DNA of 64,000 bases from a virus: IMG/VR virus record IMGVR_UViG_3300026076_000001; one strand, 5' to 3'. Shown in pieces: positions 41,201 to 47,937 of the stretch. Position 1 is the stretch's first letter. Each line of letters begins with the position of its first letter. The position numbers and the translations under genes are program-made. The notes under the pieces were generated by a model, which saw only the letters and a program-made list of their open reading frames with translations, ran no database searches and had not been told where the DNA came from.

Positions 41201-42202
41201 TTTCTCTGGAAATCCAACTGTAGAGAAGACATCAATACGATCTCCAACACCTGCATTGGTAGAAACGTCATTCATAAGGAATGAACGTCTTGCAATAGCA
41301 AATATACCTGATTTAGAACCAGGTGAGATGGTTAGAGTATACTGTAGACTACCTTGATAAGGCTCACCGACTATATTGTCGATAATTGCACTAGCAGCAG
41401 TCAATTCTGGGTTATATGGATCAGGAGTTTGAATAATCTCGTTACCAACGATCTTTCTAATGTCTCCAGATATAACTTCACACACTAATAGCTCTTTACT
41501 GTTCCATCCAGACTCAGAACTCTTATAAACGTTCTCTTTTGGATAGATGATGTCAGGTTTAACACTAAACAGCATCTGGAAGATGAACTCCAGTGACTGT
41601 GGTGTACCTTTGACATTATAGAAGTCCTTGATTCTCTTTACAAGGAGGTTCTTATTGGTTTCATCCCTCAAATAAGGATATGGGAAACCACTAGTATATT
41701 GTTCTTCGTAATTCTTGATTAAAGCAGCCAATAGAAGGTTGCTTAGGTTGTTAACTACTGCATATTGCTTATGTACAGCAGCTGCAGAGTCTACAAAGTT
41801 AATTGCCTCATATAAATCACCAACTCTGGTCTTTGCACTATAACCACGGACGCAATTCCAGAATATAGTATCGGTTTTAGACTCATATAAGAAGATTTCC
41901 TGATCAATCATAATGATTCCATTATGATCAGGGAATCCATCAGTCTTATCGACTGTAATATTGATATTATCAGTACCTAAAGGTATTTCAATCTCCAAAC
42001 TTGCTGTCTTAACAAGAATCTCAGGTGAGAATGTATCAACATCGAGATATTTCTCGAAATTGTTGATAATGTCTTGCGGACCTTCACTTATCGATAATGC
42101 TTCATAATATTTCGACAGAAAATTCGTTACGAGGGGATAATCCTCGACAACGAAGTCTGGTAACTGACTTTCTATCAGTGCTGCTAGACTTGGACCTGCC
42201 AT
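26243..42202 (-). CDS. gp7: Giant baseplate wedge initiator (gp7-like, 5319 aa)
   Basis: N-terminal IESQLPDFVVEDYP..FLSKYYE and KDFYNVKGT..S..FIFQMLF; HSPILGWAYDGNPIYG; DGIYYQDYSYVVKS..INDWRDFVKRFTHPAGFNLFGE; located between gp6 and gp8. Confidence 0.85.
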   Translation of the reverse strand: MAGPSLAALIESQLPDFVVEDYPLVTNFLSKYYEALSISEGPQDIINNFEKYLDVDTFSPEILVKTASLEIEIPLGTDNINITVDKTDGFPDHNGIIMIDQEIFLYESKTDTIFWNCVRGYSAKTRVGDLYEAINFVDSAAAVHKQYAVVNNLSNLLLAALIKNYEEQYTSGFPYPYLRDETNKNLLVKRIKDFYNVKGTPQSLEFIFQMLFSVKPDIIYPKENVYKSSESGWNSKELLVCEVISGDIRKIVGNEIIQTPDPYNPELTAASAIIDNIVGEPYQGSLQYTLTISPGSKSGIFAIARRSFLMNDVSTNAGVGDRIDVFSTVGFPEKDGRIIIGDEQITYSSKTATQFIIKERDAVNSDNKQLYAHAKGVRCFTKNNLSGWYTENGVRKEVELRIYGLVAGLASKGIEPEASAGLEYDETADNYFDVSAGGIPYVSFNNMVEFKSSGFQDDLPLSNQWIVNQNFTKLSGSDPSNVGTNNIKDIILSDVSAIYRDDENYYIASSGFPSYAIGPFDNIEVPEDQEHLKIIPRTPVNASAKEVTTSSEVGVMVNGVPLLNHKSPRGLDFGELQKIEVTDSGRNYSIAPTVIVEGNATAEAEINGLGQVTSVTVTNKGSGYTTAPTVEFTSGSGGQFTVLIQQGEIANIYLSVNQNAEIIDAGSNYTEPPDVFIYDASGKGKGAFYTCQIDTATGKITGFTQQSGGFDYEDGSTTVTLVPRSRSASATAVLTRWEYNRYLEMSVDNGNAGGIVDTANDPNYGYAYGHIIAPTSLKILRQDNVDGQGNPLSNKSHSPILGWAYDGNPIYGSFGYEDPFQDTDAANPTIERMESSWRLKATRGSNSPSETTYSMGRFTNDYEFIERLGTLDANNGRFCTTPEFPNGVYAYFLTTDDSEAPTFPYSIGEAFYNVPIEENWKTKSKQKYLPDGVRRRTVNATADGGELLTSRVSGIEYGPITDIEVHQSSYNFTNEDVLYIDNSINDNGDGLFAAVDQIQGQEVATLTCNTPKNNYFTCNTPVYLNHESILTQNNTNATATVIGLIEETSKFVVKNVTGTFNLTDTVDSTTEIYNITFDNTVLAAVGDQVVYTLQSAGVAHEVAIGKVLRNVVDKNTVIVELQPANPNQLTTTDIDGNTVTIPSTSYVDLGFFDVGFGCQINTGAATIVNVRSLSKGFKLLDIEDNIAVLKTASVNHGLAVGDDVIVTVEPDSSISTQSYEVETKKYHTVQLNEPTKVSTINGSGVARLSIINAGSGFTPSQSFVGINLTNSIGTGTAATVTVTTNADGHVDSVQIVSKGDGYKYGDVVILQPSLLGGNVGSQTATFFVDAAGCAKTDTVITVASGSGYSRDDVLKITDEFVQVLSVSGNYLTVLRGVNGSEAEDHIEGVDVTLVTNYYRFTKDTNVSFSGNNAWIDSYDPETHKLIVYYQNEGDTIIDTSSGFLDGSTPAKQVSIASVEPTSLRFRFKKSTESEWKRNISIDIQKTYRYVFDTSDASLVDRNLKFYENVYRTTELVQAYQSTLKPGNTGSFIAFQLGYGIPIDGVTWKSAPVLDIPTKIYYGEVSNKINSEDQFFTLVEDPFAGKHAVFYGFEREFAYRLPASPQNEGFTNVQYYTDSLYAVGAIKRVKVISGGKNYTMPPQVPGVFLNKRFRGAFTVNMTDGRITSITVNDTGLNYSKPIVLLEDKGDGANAKFTIELRADGSVSRIIPVQEGTNYASTTTLRLYESDTKLFAHGTDIGKLATLEIISSGKDFNNDPTLVPQVNPPIIMTLKDMPEKAFLNGELITQRNPSGDVIASGRVDYWVDGMNILRLKGLYGKFDQRYSIYGETLRSTANIQIIYVANITPEIGPTSTSVGSYSSDRSKLSAVSQKVQDGIYYQDYSYVVKSTVSINDWRDFVKRFTHPAGFNLFGEVLIESEGDGTQPETIDTPQSGTKDNGYGAVMSIIEPGVLGVTCSHKSRRITQSHVRVDSMSRQRGKGTINYSEQNNVEIEVFDLAISPAFDGAVQADGTIIGTTTFTLFKKDINEVLVPFRATQLVVTLDGVLQDPDTAYTVSGSTITFASAPLGPYIDPNTGIAVPGVTFYGKSMKFQDDANNAEYMREANNITSDFDGTTTEFDLGIPIVEGDHLYVSLDGVIQEPDVAFTLTTNPGNGKITFTEPPRQVGKIVELEIGDATNWLVNDFVVGQTSGARGEIVAKRFFQGNKFLDAANIIDNNASVLAEEAVGILDDTSKFAPEYFQYPGLGRNQCIVDLKSVMRAMADDLIQGGNSNTYDAAKEYLLDPSDPNSDIKHIEGEVEATLWSMKYLQDMVILAVRNKFGIDNLYDYQRAAASDFKLTPTDAVYSAANGTLVLTIPNHELTTADFITIADNAMTWSCDMDGGSSPKTYPRPGDPAYRSTLDITQVTDDTVTVNVGTTTLDTHTPTDGSYDPATGLMTLDIGSHNLSANTAVKIAPNSLSFKCEMDHRDSVKTYPRTTDPFYDKAFNIVSTGSTFHTAETASYNPTTGIVTIQVTDHGFEAGDKVKLADGSLVFSCTYGGGTHNYVGGTAANAIQVTGGSQFDVTAAAYNPSSGDIQLTIGAHSLTNVDTVTIAAGSLVFQCDEDNFGSDHSYPRTTDPVYNKPIGITATTGTTITVNVGVSSPGSAYPRATDPISGKFIPISNVTQNTFDIQCLDTLPSTNTDVHTFVSAITNGVELEKGTITLQVGQTPLVSHDVSDATYDPVTGDVELTIGQHTLATNTSIKLLDNALTFNCTQGSGNYSYPRTATISHTAASGTVYDPNTGVMTVHTTVAHNMANGEWIKFEDGSLSLSCNYGSVSHQYVGGTAIDAISSGGNNFNVINAQYTPGNGDLILTIGTHTLTTSDNITIATNSLSFTCDEDNYTTVHTYPRTTDPVHNSSINIDSVDQGAGTITVNVGPVSGGQTKTYPRATDYPSNRWLKVSNVSATTFDVTVLDDIPSTNTNTHVFVSAVTDGIKQKKDPFRDTSINIKAVSNTTITINILNVAPSTNVTPHTFVSALPGAVISGGAYSHKFVAAVTDAIISGGNYAHTFVSATSNSIGVYSDPYNIDNPVANTFIDAAKLIKDNKTFVAEEAVARMATGNLRSVTDATYTASTGLLELNIGPHSFTTGELVRIPDGALTFKCQMDGQTSTKVYPRSTDPVSGKAVPITTTGANTITVNVGASPLVNHNVSNATYDPATGDMELTIGDHELTTGTSIKIADNSLTFSCLAAVGTHIYSGGTSANAVTIDSTLKDVTDADYDPTTGVLELTIGAHSYTTSDTVTIGANKITFTCDADNHATDHSYPRATDPAFGQALAITAVSGTTVSCNVGIASSNNQSTYPRSTGAATNTGADYVYNTAVDITATTANSITVNVNGGQGAISINSAHTFVSATGSAIVSGGDYTHTFISSPTPIQVGVGVIADPYYDDAVYIKYEGTPLTATDASYLPDTGIVTITVPTQQFTVTGASYNPTSGDMELTIGTHHLTTFDKIKLSPDSLSFSCLYNGTTQTKTYPRAAGANTTSGADYAYDTWLPVLKCDTATITINVNGGQGAISHDVPHTFIGSGSNGVTTYGHGLTNGDYIKLIDHSLTFTCDEDGNQTNHPYPRETDPISDKWIPVSNVTTNTFDIQCLTTIPSTNETDHTFVSAMTNGIIKQDGVIVGNVGKSSNQSPHQFVPQVGKTPTNATYTPSNGIMEVTIADHGWSNGDWVKFDVGSIVFRCDENGQADDHAYPRAIADTFTADTGTSYDPSTGVLNVRTTVAHNLSDGDWIMFEDNAISFTCLEDAGQTTHSYPRYTDYPSNRWLEISNASGTSFDVTVLDIIPSTNATDHTFASGVADGIKHKKDWGSDGWFEISNVSDDTFQVIVNTTVPSSNTTNHVFQSAATNSVKKASLATGGTYTHVFDRALDDAITVNTGAKFKPTDVAYDPATGDMVLTLGSHSITTSNTVTILEHSIVLRCSMDANETPHAYPRKGDPSYGRNLVVKAADATTITVHVGKSVPIPYEPSSVVYDPYTGDITMDIGPHRLNRHTGFKFFGDAISLTCGMDNHSTVHTYPRSSSHDALGDCVDDVKDILKAIVFNLKYGGNNKVWDAADLFIDRDGYLEHIQHSVPEVLNVMGHLKTILANVIRSNTVNIVGTHGLTQIKDPTITKESNECAQVESSVNTFVGLIENAVQNPTTFESGVTRTIPERWPIEYSSLTANRDLTITVDSIPQCAQVESAIRTLFSIVLTTIKETAYNNNNYLLTLTQDFPNPNRIQVEMTEKEFLNGEDVQSEATLNTVGISSTAVIAPGVQQKFFGFKHGKYYKMDSIEAQFNDAQTIFELERNGVPFYAERSQNVVVILNGVIQQNRLAYRIEDNIIVFQEAPTEGSACFILYFYGLDPERVLLGFNIEPPGTFKKFFRLTVDQQIVLPLEGADCWISTDPNGGTHTYEYSYARGRIYKQNWAPGARNLLFVEGVTAQKVNWLNGTLSITRDRGASASLLDVTVQAVEETTNADLREKLFNRQDRIPSTLKTGDFIQIDGEAGTRSIIRAAREALVTSGYDSDTTVGSFFRSYEYEVVINVGAYSGQIEGDGAQAVARIDAELRYHSLTSSRQAGVEFLPNDVVCQYNDQNDINSGIVWQGTVKNYIPARKTLELFSLYLDGAGNTDPVAANFRPGEKVYINNVAGTECVGLQYLKPGGVNSIVLSKRDNSTYFDNIAAWRTDNVLNKGVANLGAAFVQQNASANNISQEYDFSSSLYSDDLQDQISKNYREPPVMIFRSQPEVDSNGDPVGAPAGGGARANAVAVRGEIADTEIISAGSGYKVPPQILFTRGYFVIRKNPLDIQNLTTFGIEPVGINAASLMRSYLTTIKKGGAQRTWAQWAAVVPYGVSIVFGNAGSSAYLINRSYDPIIHIRKIIDLQDLATKPQPQIFVELKPEQTRVQYLKTNVTNTQCTGGVQGVSVAITKFRHTETKLTAQSGCVEKQAGTNPQMKGVKETFSPGNLGPHLNYLQSFKFEIQPQSTTNNNGYYTDGMGRTIQYIMGDMNIGWWSEKYPNLTIEDFDNPEVYNSQVNDPGDTNNFVYMQGSEVHFGTKLTYSALDNPNGADTILVDSTAGFPANGGSFIIGSAADQTKVEKMTYTQAFPDRFVGCVRVNPLGVVEKGFSAYDFNTTNVGASVVSGGTVFDSNINYLLFSGAGGARSATFAPTDLTTYNTVTFSAIRGDGSNGGNAPGSAVNDLMLSYSIDGGTTFFDIGSVVTYSQANYTNWNTITQNIPVNAQTATTIIRIYMADSTNMTSDQYGVRLMWFNDTNTDSYVAGDYIITADLDL
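30000..35180 (-). repeat. Array of 16 roughly 100-aa beta repeats inside gp7
   Basis: 16 Y[DNTLS]xxxG openers (e.g. YDPATG) and 16 YPR motifs counted in the translation; HTFVSA-type closers. Confidence 0.85.
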
Positions 42203-42205
42203 TTA

Positions 42206-44020
42206 TCAGATAAGTGCTTCTTGTGTGATCAGGAATACGCTAGACTGCAAATCAAGGCTTAGATATGCTTCACGATAAGCGTATATGTCTTTGTTGGTAG
42301 GAGAGACACGAAGTTCTATCCTCTCATCATCATAACTTCCTTTGATTATATTTAACCTGTTTAGCATTACCTCTCCTTTGACATAATCAACTGTTCCTTG
42401 CTGTGCATTTAGAACAAATCTATCTTGTGTCGTAGGATCGATCTTATAAAGGTAAATATTACCCTTTTGATCGTCTGCTAGGTAAACTATATCACTTGGA
42501 TAACCTGCAACTACAAATCCACTGCTTTGTACAGATGGATGAGAGCATCCACTCTTAATAACGTTTTGATAACAGATCTCATACTGGGTTACAGTATTTA
42601 ATACAGGAATGAAATCCTTTCTTAGCTTGATCTCTGTCTCATTAGAGGTAATTGAAGTATCGGTAGAATCGATGATACCAACAATACGACTATATTTAAA
42701 CCTACCATTGAATTTCTCAAGATCCGATGTACCTCTATAGGTAGTTAGGGCACTTATCACCGCAGCTTTCAATTCTGACTCATTCAATGTGGTCAAAGAC
42801 TTGTTATAGTAGACATTTGAGTTCAATTCAACATATGTAATTGAAGGATCTACTATTTCTGGTGTAACTGAGACTACAGCATACTTCTTAAGGTCTGTAG
42901 ATATCAAATTTTTAGTATATGCACTTAGTGAACTGGCATATGCTGGTTTTATGACGATTTTAACCTTCCCGTACTCTGGTGGACTAGCGTCCTCTCCACC
43001 GAAACACACAATGTCAGCAATTGCAGGGAAAATACGACGGATAATGGATTCGTAGTCATCTGCGGTAACTGCTCTATTCTGTGTATTGAAAAACTTCGGA
43101 GCATTTCGCTTAATCGAGTCAACTGATTCAAGGGTTTCACCTCCAGACGCTGCTGTAGTAGTAGTTAAAACAATCGTAGGTGCATAATCATTACCACCAA
43201 CAGTATCTTCTAATACAGCACCGTATGAGAACACTCTAGCAGCATTAGCTGCTGATCCATTAGTAGTGATATATGAAACTTCGATATAATTGTTAGTATC
43301 TAGTTTCTTACCTAAAATCCCATCTCCGAAAATGATCTCATAACGCTCATCTTCACCTTCTTGTAAGAAGAAGACTTGTGATGTGCCATCGAAACCAATA
43401 ATGTTATCTGCTAGGCGGTACTCAACCACACTAGTACTATTAAATGTTGGTCTAACAGTAACTTTGAGAGTACTTGTATCAATTCCTGAGTTTTGAAGGA
43501 TAAACCTTTGAGGTATTGCTGCATTGAATGTAAAAGTTTCTAAAACGTAGTTACCTTCCTTAATTTCAACGTCTTGAAAGTTAGCTACTTTCTGACTGTT
43601 AAGACCTACAACATAATCCTTAGCAGTAATAAAGGAATACGTGGTGCTGTTGATCCTTGTGAGGAATTGAGATCCTCTAGGCAACTTGACGATTGATGGA
43701 ATGTTATTTTCTGTGCTAAAATCAGCAGCAACATTCAAAACTGCTGTAGGAGCAACGGAAGACTTAGGGAGATATCCTATCTGCTTAGCCAGAGACACTA
43801 CATTGTCCCTGAGGGTCGCTGATTCGAGGAATGCCTCATTAACTACCATATTAGCGTTAAACGCCGTGTAGTACGTGTTATACGCTAATACATCTAATAG
43901 GGTAGAAAGAGTCGATCCTTCAAAATCATAATCAGTGAAGTCACTATTAGAGCGTAGGTATTCCTTCAGAGAGGATTTAATCTCTGTAAAGTCTAAATTG
44001 GCAACTTGAACGTAAGACAT
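42206..44020 (-). CDS. gp6: Baseplate wedge subunit (T4 gp6-like)
   Basis: LDFTEIKSSLKEYLR..SDFTDYDFEGSTLS.LLDVLAYNTYY, FLESATLRDNVVS.AK.IGY.P and QNRAVTADDY. Confidence 0.93.
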   Translation of the reverse strand: MSYVQVANLDFTEIKSSLKEYLRSNSDFTDYDFEGSTLSTLLDVLAYNTYYTAFNANMVVNEAFLESATLRDNVVSLAKQIGYLPKSSVAPTAVLNVAADFSTENNIPSIVKLPRGSQFLTRINSTTYSFITAKDYVVGLNSQKVANFQDVEIKEGNYVLETFTFNAAIPQRFILQNSGIDTSTLKVTVRPTFNSTSVVEYRLADNIIGFDGTSQVFFLQEGEDERYEIIFGDGILGKKLDTNNYIEVSYITTNGSAANAARVFSYGAVLEDTVGGNDYAPTIVLTTTTAASGGETLESVDSIKRNAPKFFNTQNRAVTADDYESIIRRIFPAIADIVCFGGEDASPPEYGKVKIVIKPAYASSLSAYTKNLISTDLKKYAVVSVTPEIVDPSITYVELNSNVYYNKSLTTLNESELKAAVISALTTYRGTSDLEKFNGRFKYSRIVGIIDSTDTSITSNETEIKLRKDFIPVLNTVTQYEICYQNVIKSGCSHPSVQSSGFVVAGYPSDIVYLADDQKGNIYLYKIDPTTQDRFVLNAQQGTVDYVKGEVMLNRLNIIKGSYDDERIELRVSPTNKDIYAYREAYLSLDLQSSVFLITQEALI

Positions 44021-44425
44021 TTATCGGGTTCTTTCTAGGAAGAATTCTACATCCTGTATTTGGACATCAGATTCAATTCCGATGATCTCAAAAGAAATCG
44101 CACAGTCAAAGCCATTACCATCGTAATTGGCAGAGACATCGCAACGAAGTAAATTTATACGAGGCTCGTATTTCTGTATAACATATTGAATTTCTTCTTG
44201 TAATAAAGAAGCAGTTGCTGAGTCGAGAGGTTCAAACAATAAATCCGCAACATTACTACCCAGATCAGGTTTGAAGAATCTCTCTCCTTTCCTGGTCATC
44301 ACAATATTATATAACGCTCTTTTAACCGCAGCTTCGTCGGTTATGTTAAGAACGTCTTCGGTAACTGGGTTCATACCCAACGATATGGATACGTCTTTAA
44401 AGTCAATAGCCTTCGGCATACGCAA
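44021..44425 (-). CDS. gp25: Baseplate wedge subunit (T4 gp25-like); true start probably MPKAIDF at 44419
   Basis: FKDVSISLGMNPVT.D, AVKRALYNIV.T..GERFF.P..GS, LLFEP and YEPRI. Confidence 0.92.
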   Translation of the reverse strand: MRMPKAIDFKDVSISLGMNPVTEDVLNITDEAAVKRALYNIVMTRKGERFFKPDLGSNVADLLFEPLDSATASLLQEEIQYVIQKYEPRINLLRCDVSANYDGNGFDCAISFEIIGIESDVQIQDVEFFLERTR

Positions 44426-44444
44426 CTACACGAGTTCGTGACTT

Positions 44445-44451
44445 TATTTAG
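44445..44451 (-). promoter_or_regulatory. Late promoter variant CTAAATA upstream of gp25
   Basis: Plus strand tatttag. Confidence 0.55.
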
Positions 44452-44457
44452 CGACTT

Positions 44458-44757
44458 TTAAGTTACCTGATAGAATGTATACTTTAAAAACAACTCTTCA
44501 CCCTTCTTAATAGGTCTTATAGTACGCATATGATATATCTTTCCCCATTCCTCTTCTTCAAATACTTTAATGCAATTAGGATCTTCACTATGGTTAACAA
44601 ACCCACCTAAAGGGGTTCTCATAATATCTTCATCAACCACAACGTGTGATATACCCAGATAAACATCATCGGGTATATCCTCCTTAGCAAATAGTCCCTG
44701 TCCAGCGACAGGGCTATTTTGTATATGTAAACACCTAGGTAATGCCTGGTAGGTCAC
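44458..44757 (-). CDS. Minimal SET-domain protein (putative lysine methyltransferase)
   Basis: SPVAGQGLFAKEDI (GxG SAM motif), GFVNHSEDPNC (NHS motif) and IKKGEELFLKY (ELxxxY motif). Confidence 0.85.
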   Translation of the reverse strand: MTYQALPRCLHIQNSPVAGQGLFAKEDIPDDVYLGISHVVVDEDIMRTPLGGFVNHSEDPNCIKVFEEEEWGKIYHMRTIRPIKKGEELFLKYTFYQVT

Positions 44758-44891
44758 TTTCTTCCCTGCCCACGGTATTTCTTCCTTGCCTTATTTGCTG
44801 AAGTCGCAGCATACTTAGTATGTGCTCCTGTACCTTGACGGGTTTTCTTGGGAGTTGCTTCTTTTTGAGTTGTGTTGTTGTAAAGTGCCAT
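44754..44891 (-). CDS. 45-aa lysine/arginine-rich peptide
   Basis: Hand translation MALYNNTTQKEATPKKTRQGTGAHTKYAATSANKARKKYRGQGRK. TAATG overlap with the PAAR gene and GTGA overlap with the SET gene. Not in the ORF track. Confidence 0.75.
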   Translation of the reverse strand: MALYNNTTQKEATPKKTRQGTGAHTKYAATSANKARKKYRGQGRK

Positions 44892-45439
44892 TAGTTAGAG
44901 CAATCAGTAACAGAGTTATCACCTGGAGATTGTGACCCAGAACCACCTGATCCACCAATAGACGGAATCGATAGTATTGGGAACGCCCCCAGAGCTGCAA
45001 TTGCAGCGGCTGCAGCAGCAAGTTTAGAAACTGAACTACCACCCGCACATAATAGCACATTAGGTGCCCCTACCGCAACCTTTGACCCACAACTGATACT
45101 TGTTCCGATCTTTGCAGCTGGGAGACCAGTGGGACAAATCTTAGGTCCAATCTTCGCTAATACCGCATCTGTTTCCTTATCACCTGTCTTTGGTACTGGT
45201 TGTGGTACTGAAGGAGCACCTACACCCACATCTACAGTAGCACAACCCACGCCAACGGTGCCTGGGTGGCACGCAGGGTTCTTTCCACACGGTTTACAGT
45301 GCACATTTCGCACCTGAGTACTTACTAGAGGTGCAATTTTAGTTACTTTGACGGTTGTAACTGGTGACGGAGCATATCCTTGGGGTGGCCAGCACCCGTG
45401 ACCCGTACAAACGCCTGTTGTTAGTCCAAAAGCTGCCAT
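44891..45439 (-). CDS. PAAR-like baseplate spike tip protein (T4 gp5.4-like)
   Basis: CTGHGCWPP, VHCKPC, CHPG and KIGTSISCGSKVAVGAPNVL; His/Cys metal ligands of the PAAR fold. Confidence 0.8.
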   Translation of the reverse strand: MAAFGLTTGVCTGHGCWPPQGYAPSPVTTVKVTKIAPLVSTQVRNVHCKPCGKNPACHPGTVGVGCATVDVGVGAPSVPQPVPKTGDKETDAVLAKIGPKICPTGLPAAKIGTSISCGSKVAVGAPNVLLCAGGSSVSKLAAAAAAIAALGAFPILSIPSIGGSGGSGSQSPGDNSVTDCSN

Positions 45440-47937
45440 TATACGTAAACGTGCAAGAAAGTATGGTCATTTCGGAGGTGTTGTTTGCCTTCCGTCTGCT
45501 TTCTTTGCCTTAATAAGTTATTTAGAGTGACACTTCCGTCTTCATTTTGCGTTTTTCCATCAAAATGAGCAATTTCCCGTGTATTTTCGTAAGTAAATGA
45601 GCTTCCTGTCTCCGATTGGAGGAATAAGCGGGTGTATGCGGTCGCATTTGCCACTTGAGGAGCACTAAAAGTGAAATCTACTCCAGTAAGAGACGTATTT
45701 GACGCAGTATCCATCTGAATTGCGGTCTTTGTGTTCACTCTATACACTCCAGCTGGTACATTTTGGGAAACTTGGATGGTTGAACCGTTTAAAGTGACTG
45801 ATTGTACGTAAATTGTTGGGTCATCGAACCCTTCGATGAGCATTCCAGTCTGTATATCGTCTAAATCGTACTCTTCACCGAATGTATACACCGTATTTAC
45901 TACTAGTACGTTCGTACCATCCGCAGTACATTGGAAATCTACGGCGGGAATGAGTCTTTGTACCTGTCTTTCATTCATTTGACCTAGGTCATCTTGCACT
46001 TTTACTCCCATAAAGAGTAATGGGTACGCATCCATAGTGATATTAATCATATAACTACTCCCCATAACCACATCAGCAGTCGCACTTAGGTCAGGATCGG
46101 GAGCAGAGACGGTAATAATTGGGCTTTGTATGTAACCACTACCACCATAAGTGAGCTTGTATCCGTATATACGCCCTCCTGTTACTACTGCATCTGCCGT
46201 AGCTAGTGTACCACCAGGTAAATCAGGGTCACTAAAGGTCACAGTAGGTTGACTCATATACCCTAAACCTGGATCTAGTGCAGTAATGTCACTAATTCCT
46301 TGTCCAGCATACTCATAATTGTTCAATTCTAGGTATCCATACTCAGGGAAGTTCGCAATGTCGTAATCAAATACGGTAATTTTGTCGTGACTAGGGTCAA
46401 CGAATGATTTTATCTGTGTAATTAGCACATCATCATAAGGATTTCCTTGTCTTTCGACAGCTTGTGCCAATAAATCACGGTAAGTATCCCAATTTGAGTT
46501 CAATTCGAGGTTAATATTGAAAGTATGAGTAGCTTGAGTACCTACTTGACCCTGTACTAGGTCAGCACAGTACCATCCACCTACTATAGTGTAAGGAAAT
46601 ACCTCTCTTCCTCTACTATGAGGGACGTATTCAAAGATATTCCACTTAATTCTAGGTCCAGAAGGAGGTACACCTCTAAAAGAAGTAGTAGACCACTCTT
46701 GCATCTTCTCTGTATACCAAGTAGATGGCACTACAGTCTGTTGATTCTTCATAATCGCATCAGCATTCTCTGCCATAGCGATCTCCATATCAATTACATC
46801 AGTAAAATCGCAGTTATATGTCCTTACTTCTCTCCAAAACTCTGCTGTGTCACCTGGATCGCCTTCTAGTCCAGCATCCATTTGGTTAACATAGGTCTGT
46901 TGTGCACCATCTATAACGAAATCAGCATTGAAAGCAAGGTCAACATCCATTGCCTCTGCTAATTGTTGCATTTGTTGTGCACTATGGAACCCTCCTCCAT
47001 CATCACACATACCAGTTGCTGCATCGAACCAAGCATTCCAAGACTTATCTACTTGTTCCTTTAGTTCTGGATGCACTTGCTGTTGCATACCTATAGGATT
47101 ACCGTTGGCATCTTCCCCTAGTAATGGTACTGCAACATAAACACCTGTATCAGCATTAATCGGCCACGTTGATTCACGACTACAAGTTTGTTCTGTTGTT
47201 CCCCATACAGAGGTAGCTTCCATATCTTTATGGAATTGAGTAAACTCACAACTGCCACCCGTCGTATAGAACATCTCATTCCATCCCTTGCTTTCGTCAG
47301 GATAGTCGGCAATCGGTCCGCAGACCTCTACAAGGGTATCACACTTAGGACTTAAGTACTTTGTATAGGAAACCTTCTTGGGATAGGCATAGAACCCACT
47401 AAGGGTCGCTACAACGGGTTCTGTCTGTACTGTGACTCCACCTATTAACGTACTACCAGGACTATCAAACCATCCCGCCACACAATCGGCGGTCGCCCCC
47501 GATTCAGTACCTGTTACAGTCTCACCTGGAAAATTCCCAGAGGGACTATCCATCTCTATGATATCTAAACCATTAACCTCTCGGAAGTTGTGCCATTCCT
47601 TTACAGTGCCAGTAGCACCATTAGGTGCTGTGATCGTCTCACCTACCTTAAACTGCCCACTGCTGTTTCGCACTGATATACGTTCAGTCGTGCTATCGCA
47701 TATCCATAACGTAAAATATTGCTCGGTACCAGTAACCCTTATACTGGACGGTGCATAGGTATCACACAATGTATCAGTACAAGTGACAGTGTTTAGGGAA
47801 AACTCATATTCAAAGTATGTCTCATCATTATTGACTCCCAATAAGTTGTCATCAGGATCCTGTCCAGTTGCATCATAGGTAAATGGACTACCGTAGGCAC
47901 TGGAGATGGTTAATCCTGCTTGGAAGTTACATCCCAT
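45439..47937 (-). CDS. Baseplate hub-associated structural protein (832 aa)
   Basis: FKVGETITAPNGATGTV and G.GY.SQPTV.FS..D.PGG..ATA..V..GRI...LT.GGSGY modules typical of these virion proteins; adjacent to the PAAR gene. Confidence 0.6.
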   Translation of the reverse strand: MGCNFQAGLTISSAYGSPFTYDATGQDPDDNLLGVNNDETYFEYEFSLNTVTCTDTLCDTYAPSSIRVTGTEQYFTLWICDSTTERISVRNSSGQFKVGETITAPNGATGTVKEWHNFREVNGLDIIEMDSPSGNFPGETVTGTESGATADCVAGWFDSPGSTLIGGVTVQTEPVVATLSGFYAYPKKVSYTKYLSPKCDTLVEVCGPIADYPDESKGWNEMFYTTGGSCEFTQFHKDMEATSVWGTTEQTCSRESTWPINADTGVYVAVPLLGEDANGNPIGMQQQVHPELKEQVDKSWNAWFDAATGMCDDGGGFHSAQQMQQLAEAMDVDLAFNADFVIDGAQQTYVNQMDAGLEGDPGDTAEFWREVRTYNCDFTDVIDMEIAMAENADAIMKNQQTVVPSTWYTEKMQEWSTTSFRGVPPSGPRIKWNIFEYVPHSRGREVFPYTIVGGWYCADLVQGQVGTQATHTFNINLELNSNWDTYRDLLAQAVERQGNPYDDVLITQIKSFVDPSHDKITVFDYDIANFPEYGYLELNNYEYAGQGISDITALDPGLGYMSQPTVTFSDPDLPGGTLATADAVVTGGRIYGYKLTYGGSGYIQSPIITVSAPDPDLSATADVVMGSSYMINITMDAYPLLFMGVKVQDDLGQMNERQVQRLIPAVDFQCTADGTNVLVVNTVYTFGEEYDLDDIQTGMLIEGFDDPTIYVQSVTLNGSTIQVSQNVPAGVYRVNTKTAIQMDTASNTSLTGVDFTFSAPQVANATAYTRLFLQSETGSSFTYENTREIAHFDGKTQNEDGSVTLNNLLRQRKQTEGKQHLRNDHTFLHVYV

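Noticed and set aside
44815-45060. 81-aa ORF overlapping the PAAR gene
   Set aside because: Off-frame overlap of two better-supported ORFs (PAAR and the 45-aa basic peptide).
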